A DNA stretch of 64,000 bases, taken from assembly GCF_009914755.1 (NCBI RefSeq), contig NC_060926.1. One strand, written 5' to 3'. Positions within the stretch are counted from its first letter, which is position 1. Each line of letters opens with the position of its first letter. Below, piece by piece: positions 60,278 to 64,000 of this stretch. The DNA comes from the human T2T-CHM13v2.0 reference genome, Homo sapiens. The notes under the pieces were generated by a model. The model saw nothing but the letters and a program-made list of their open reading frames with translations. It did no database searches and was not told the DNA's origin. The position numbers were made by a program, and so were the translations under genes.

Positions 60278-60765
60278 GCCTCCAAGGTAGCTCCCAATGA
60301 TCCCTACCTCCTGGTATCCACAGCCTTGTGAAGTCCCCTCCCATACTGTCTCAGGGCTGGTCTGTGCGACCAATAGAATATGAATGGGATGTGACTTCAG
60401 AGACTAGGTCATAAAAGGCACTGTAACTTCTGCCTTGTTCTCTTTGTCTCTCTCTCTTGGATTGGTCACTCTGGAGGAAGCTAGTTGCTAAGTCATTGAG
60501 ACACACAATGGAGAGGTCCATGTGGAAAGACTGAGGCCTCCCAACAATAGCTTGTAAGTGAGCCATTCTTCAGCCCCACTCAAGCCTTCAGATGACAGTG
60601 CAGCCCCAGTTGCCATCTTGACAGCAACCTCAATGAGAGACCCTGACCCAGAACCTCCCAGCAAAGCCACTTCTGAATTCCTCTCAGACCCTGTGTGGGA
60701 AAATAAATGTTTATTGCTTTAAGCTACTAAATTTTAATTTGTCATATAGCAATAAATAACATACA
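60278..60765. mobile_element. MLT1-family MaLR solo LTR
   Basis: gatgtgacttcagagactaggtcataaaagg...aataaatgtttattgctttaagctactaaat...ataacataca. Confidence 0.8.
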
Positions 60766-61199
60766 CTTTGAGTTTCTATAAGTATTCTTTAAGCAAGAAA
60801 GTCTGCAAACCTCTCACCTCAGGGAAAATTCTGATTTTTTTTTTTTTTAGTGCCTTTCTTAAAATAGTCTACTATAGAGTAATGGGGACAACAACAACAA
60901 CAAAACACATTTACCAAATACGTTGGATGTTGGCCTTTGTGCTAACAGTTTTATACGTACTACCTAAGTTAATTCTTATAAAAGCCCTGTGATATAGGTT
61001 CTATTATTCTATCCATTTTACAGATGAGGAATACAGGTTTAGAGAGGTTAAAAGCCTTGCCTAAAGATGTAGGGCTAGGAAGAGGCAGAAGGGAAATCCA
61101 AAAACAGGCAGTGTGACCTCAGAGTCCTAGCTCTAAAGCTCTAGGTTACAGGAACAGAGTACAGTAGGAAAACCACCTCCCATGACCTGATTTCTACAT

Positions 61200-62500
61200 T
61201 GATAGAACTTAGTTCTCCATCAATTTTGCCAGCAGTCCTGGAATGCTGTTGGATTATATAAATTTGTGGTCAGCTAAGGCCTCTGGCTGTTTCTCCACTT
61301 AAACTACTGTCAAATTTGGCCTCATATCTTCCTGATTAAATCATTACTCTTAACCTAAATACTGACTGTTATTATAAATGTGTCACTGTTCAATTTAACT
61401 TGGTTGGTTGGCTGTGATCCATTGTTCTGGCTCAAAACTTTTTTTTTTTCTCTTGAGTCTTTATTCTATCATCCAATACTTCAGCTATCATTCTGGGCAC
61501 TGTGTTGTCTCTAAATCTGATAAACTTTTCCTTATATGTCTTCCTTTGATTTGCTCATAAAAGTCTCAACAGGAAAGAAGGATAAAGCCTGCTGGCACAC
61601 CCAGGAGTCCCCCTTCTAGGTCAATGCGAATACATCAACAAATGTTTTCTGAAGATGACCTAGTTAAAAACGTCCTACCCTTCCCAAAAGCTTCTAGGTA
61701 AACCCATGTTGAGTATGTTTGGGGATCTCTTCATTTAAAGAGGTCACTGGCATTGTTCCTTCTCACCAACTAGCCAACTGTGAACTCTTGTAACTCATAT
61801 TTCTCCATTTTGTCCAACTGAATATTTTGATTTTGTCATGTGCCTTGTTGAACTCAACGTGTATCCTCTTATACAGCCTTATGCTGGTGGCATTTCCCTC
61901 ATCAGTCTTACAACACTAAAAAAGAAGTAAAGTTAATCTGCTGTGACTTTTCATTCTTTATTTGCTGTAATAAATTGGTCTAATGTTTTCCTGGGAGTGT
62001 CAAGTTTTATAATCTACATTCTAAACAATCTTCAGGCATTTTTACATCATTAAAGTCAGAAATGTATTTGTCTTTTTCCATTCTCTGAGCAATTTTTACA
62101 TTTGCTGCTATTTCTTAAAAATCACCAACAGGGATGGGTGATTTTTGCTACAGGTTTCTCAGTACATTGAAGTAAAATTCATCTGTACCTGTGATGAGTA
62201 AACTCATCTGTGGTATTAGGGGTCTTTTACTAGGATACTCACTCAACCTTTTATTTCATATTTACTATGTTTGTTTTATTCTTTTTGACAGAAAATATAA
62301 AAGCAAAATTATGTCAATAATAGTCTTTTCCTGGTTTTGCACTAACCTTTTCTACCTGCCACAAGAGATGGACTTATTCCTTCCTTTTTTTACCTGTCTG
62401 CTCCCAAAGATAGCCTCAGAAAACCATTGGTTTGTGGCCAATAGCCACAACTCTAGTTCTTTCTGTCCTTCAGTTTTCCTGACATTCTCATAAACACCTG
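61200..62500 (-). mobile_element. Fragmented ancient CR1/L3-like LINE
   Basis: ttgtcatgtgccttgttgaactc...gcatttccctcatc...gttaatctgctgtgac resembles the CR1 RT region; weak similarity. Confidence 0.45.
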
Positions 62501-63969
62501 CCACCTAGGAGGCACTAACGTGCTTGTTCCCTCAACAAAGTGCTCTTCCATTCTATTCTTTGTCACCTCTTGGGACACATCCTTCTTTTGATGTTCTTGC
62601 ATAACTTACTAGATGATGTATCAGAGAATTCCTTCTGCAGCCACATTTGGGTTCCTTACAGTCTCTCTCCCCTTTACTTTCTCATGAACCCTTTGACTAC
62701 AAACTCAGAACTCTATGAGCCTCTCAACTGGCCTGGCCTTATTCCCTTGTAGAATCATGCTTGTGGGATCACATGTGGTTTTACCCTGAATTTTTGGACA
62801 CTCTGATTGCCTGAAATTGAACTCTACCTAGTGTTTCCTTCTCTCACTTCTATAGCACATATAGATATCAACCTGTTATCCTTTCTGATCAAGACTGCAT
62901 TCACAGAAGCAGGTGTCCCTGTTGTCTTCTTTATCTTCTGAGTAATACATAACCAACAAGTATGTAAAGAATTCTTCAGGTGTTCAATTTGCAGCATGCT
63001 GAGATTTCCAGAAAATATACCCATCTGAAGTTTGTTGCCAAACCACATTCTATCCTTATGACTACTTTGTCATCAAGATCCAGACAATATTAATTTCTTA
63101 GATCAACCATCTATCTACAGAATTGATCTATGATGATTTAACTTTTGATATCCCGATTATTTTTTCTTGAAGCAACTGTCCATGTCATTATTGAGCCTAT
63201 TTGTTTATTTGGGGCTGCCTGGCAAACATTTCTTTACTTCATAACAGCACTCAGGTTTTCTTTTAGGGAATTACCTCTTCCCCTACAGGTTTACATTGGC
63301 TTATCACCATGTTCAGATGTGCTACCCACCCTTCCATCCTCTTTACCTCAAATATGAATCTTGATAAGAAAGACAAAAAGATAATGCTGATGGAATTCAT
63401 GCATTATAACTGTGGCATGTTGAGCAGAGTTTCTGTTCTGAGATAGAATCTGCCATTCCTGATTCCTGGCTTCCTGGAGTCATCTGGGTTACTGTTCTGT
63501 TCTAAGGGTGATTCTCCAGCTTTCCCACAGATTCTGTGTGCTCCCAACAGCCTTCCAACAAAGTTGCTTTTGTTCAAGTTAGTTGGAATTGATTGTTGCA
63601 ACCAAAGAACCCTAGTTGATGTATTCGGAACAAGATCTGTTCTTCAACTGACTTCTTATAATGCTATTCCTTGTCACCAATTCTCCAGTGCCCACAGGAT
63701 CATGGAATCACCCATTCAACTCACTGCAACCATTGATTCGCTTCAGTTTTCCAAAAACATTTCCTCAACAAGCCCACAGGCAGAAACTGAATTAAAATGC
63801 CAAGTTTCATCTATTCACTGCCCCCAAAGTGAGCTATAAATCTGTAGTTACCCAAGGTGGTAAGTCTTGTTTATAGCAATACTGTGTTCTGTAGCCTTAC
63901 CGCTCTTCCTTCTTCTCTCAAGCTCACCCTTCCTAAATTGATACGCCTACCTTCACAGTCATCCCCCCC

Positions 63970-64000
63970 CTTTCTTTTTGAGACAGACTCTTGCCCTGTC
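63970..64000 (-). mobile_element. Start of a reverse-oriented Alu cut by the window edge
   Basis: tttttgagacagactcttgccctgtc. Confidence 0.8.

Overview
Human/hominid genomic DNA carrying the 3' half of TGFA (pro-TGF-alpha) on the minus strand. Visible parts are exon 3 (44339-44459), exon 4 (35062-35211), exon 5 (31941-32050) and exon 6 (last 8 coding nt at 29582-29589 plus a ~3.6 kb 3'UTR ending near 26000). Exons 1-2 lie beyond the right edge, so 44460-64000 is intron 2. Positions 1-26000 are repeat-rich downstream flank. Apart from TGFA exons and an L1 ORF2 fragment, the ORF track is essentially Alu/L1/low-complexity noise. The most unusual structure is a 5'-inverted (twin-primed) L1PA2/3-type insertion at 9232-11347 whose target-site duplication also encloses ~155 bp of centromeric alpha-satellite. 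I read this as a 3' transduction from a source L1 sitting in alpha-satellite. It landed in what looks like an ancient hAT transposase relic. A second, independent twin-primed L1 about 9 kb away has almost the same inversion junction. Two short near-identical local copies (65 bp and 61 bp) of ancient repeat segments point to templated insertion or gene conversion. Repeat family names and boundaries are by-eye recognition of remembered consensus sequences and are approximate; no database search was run.
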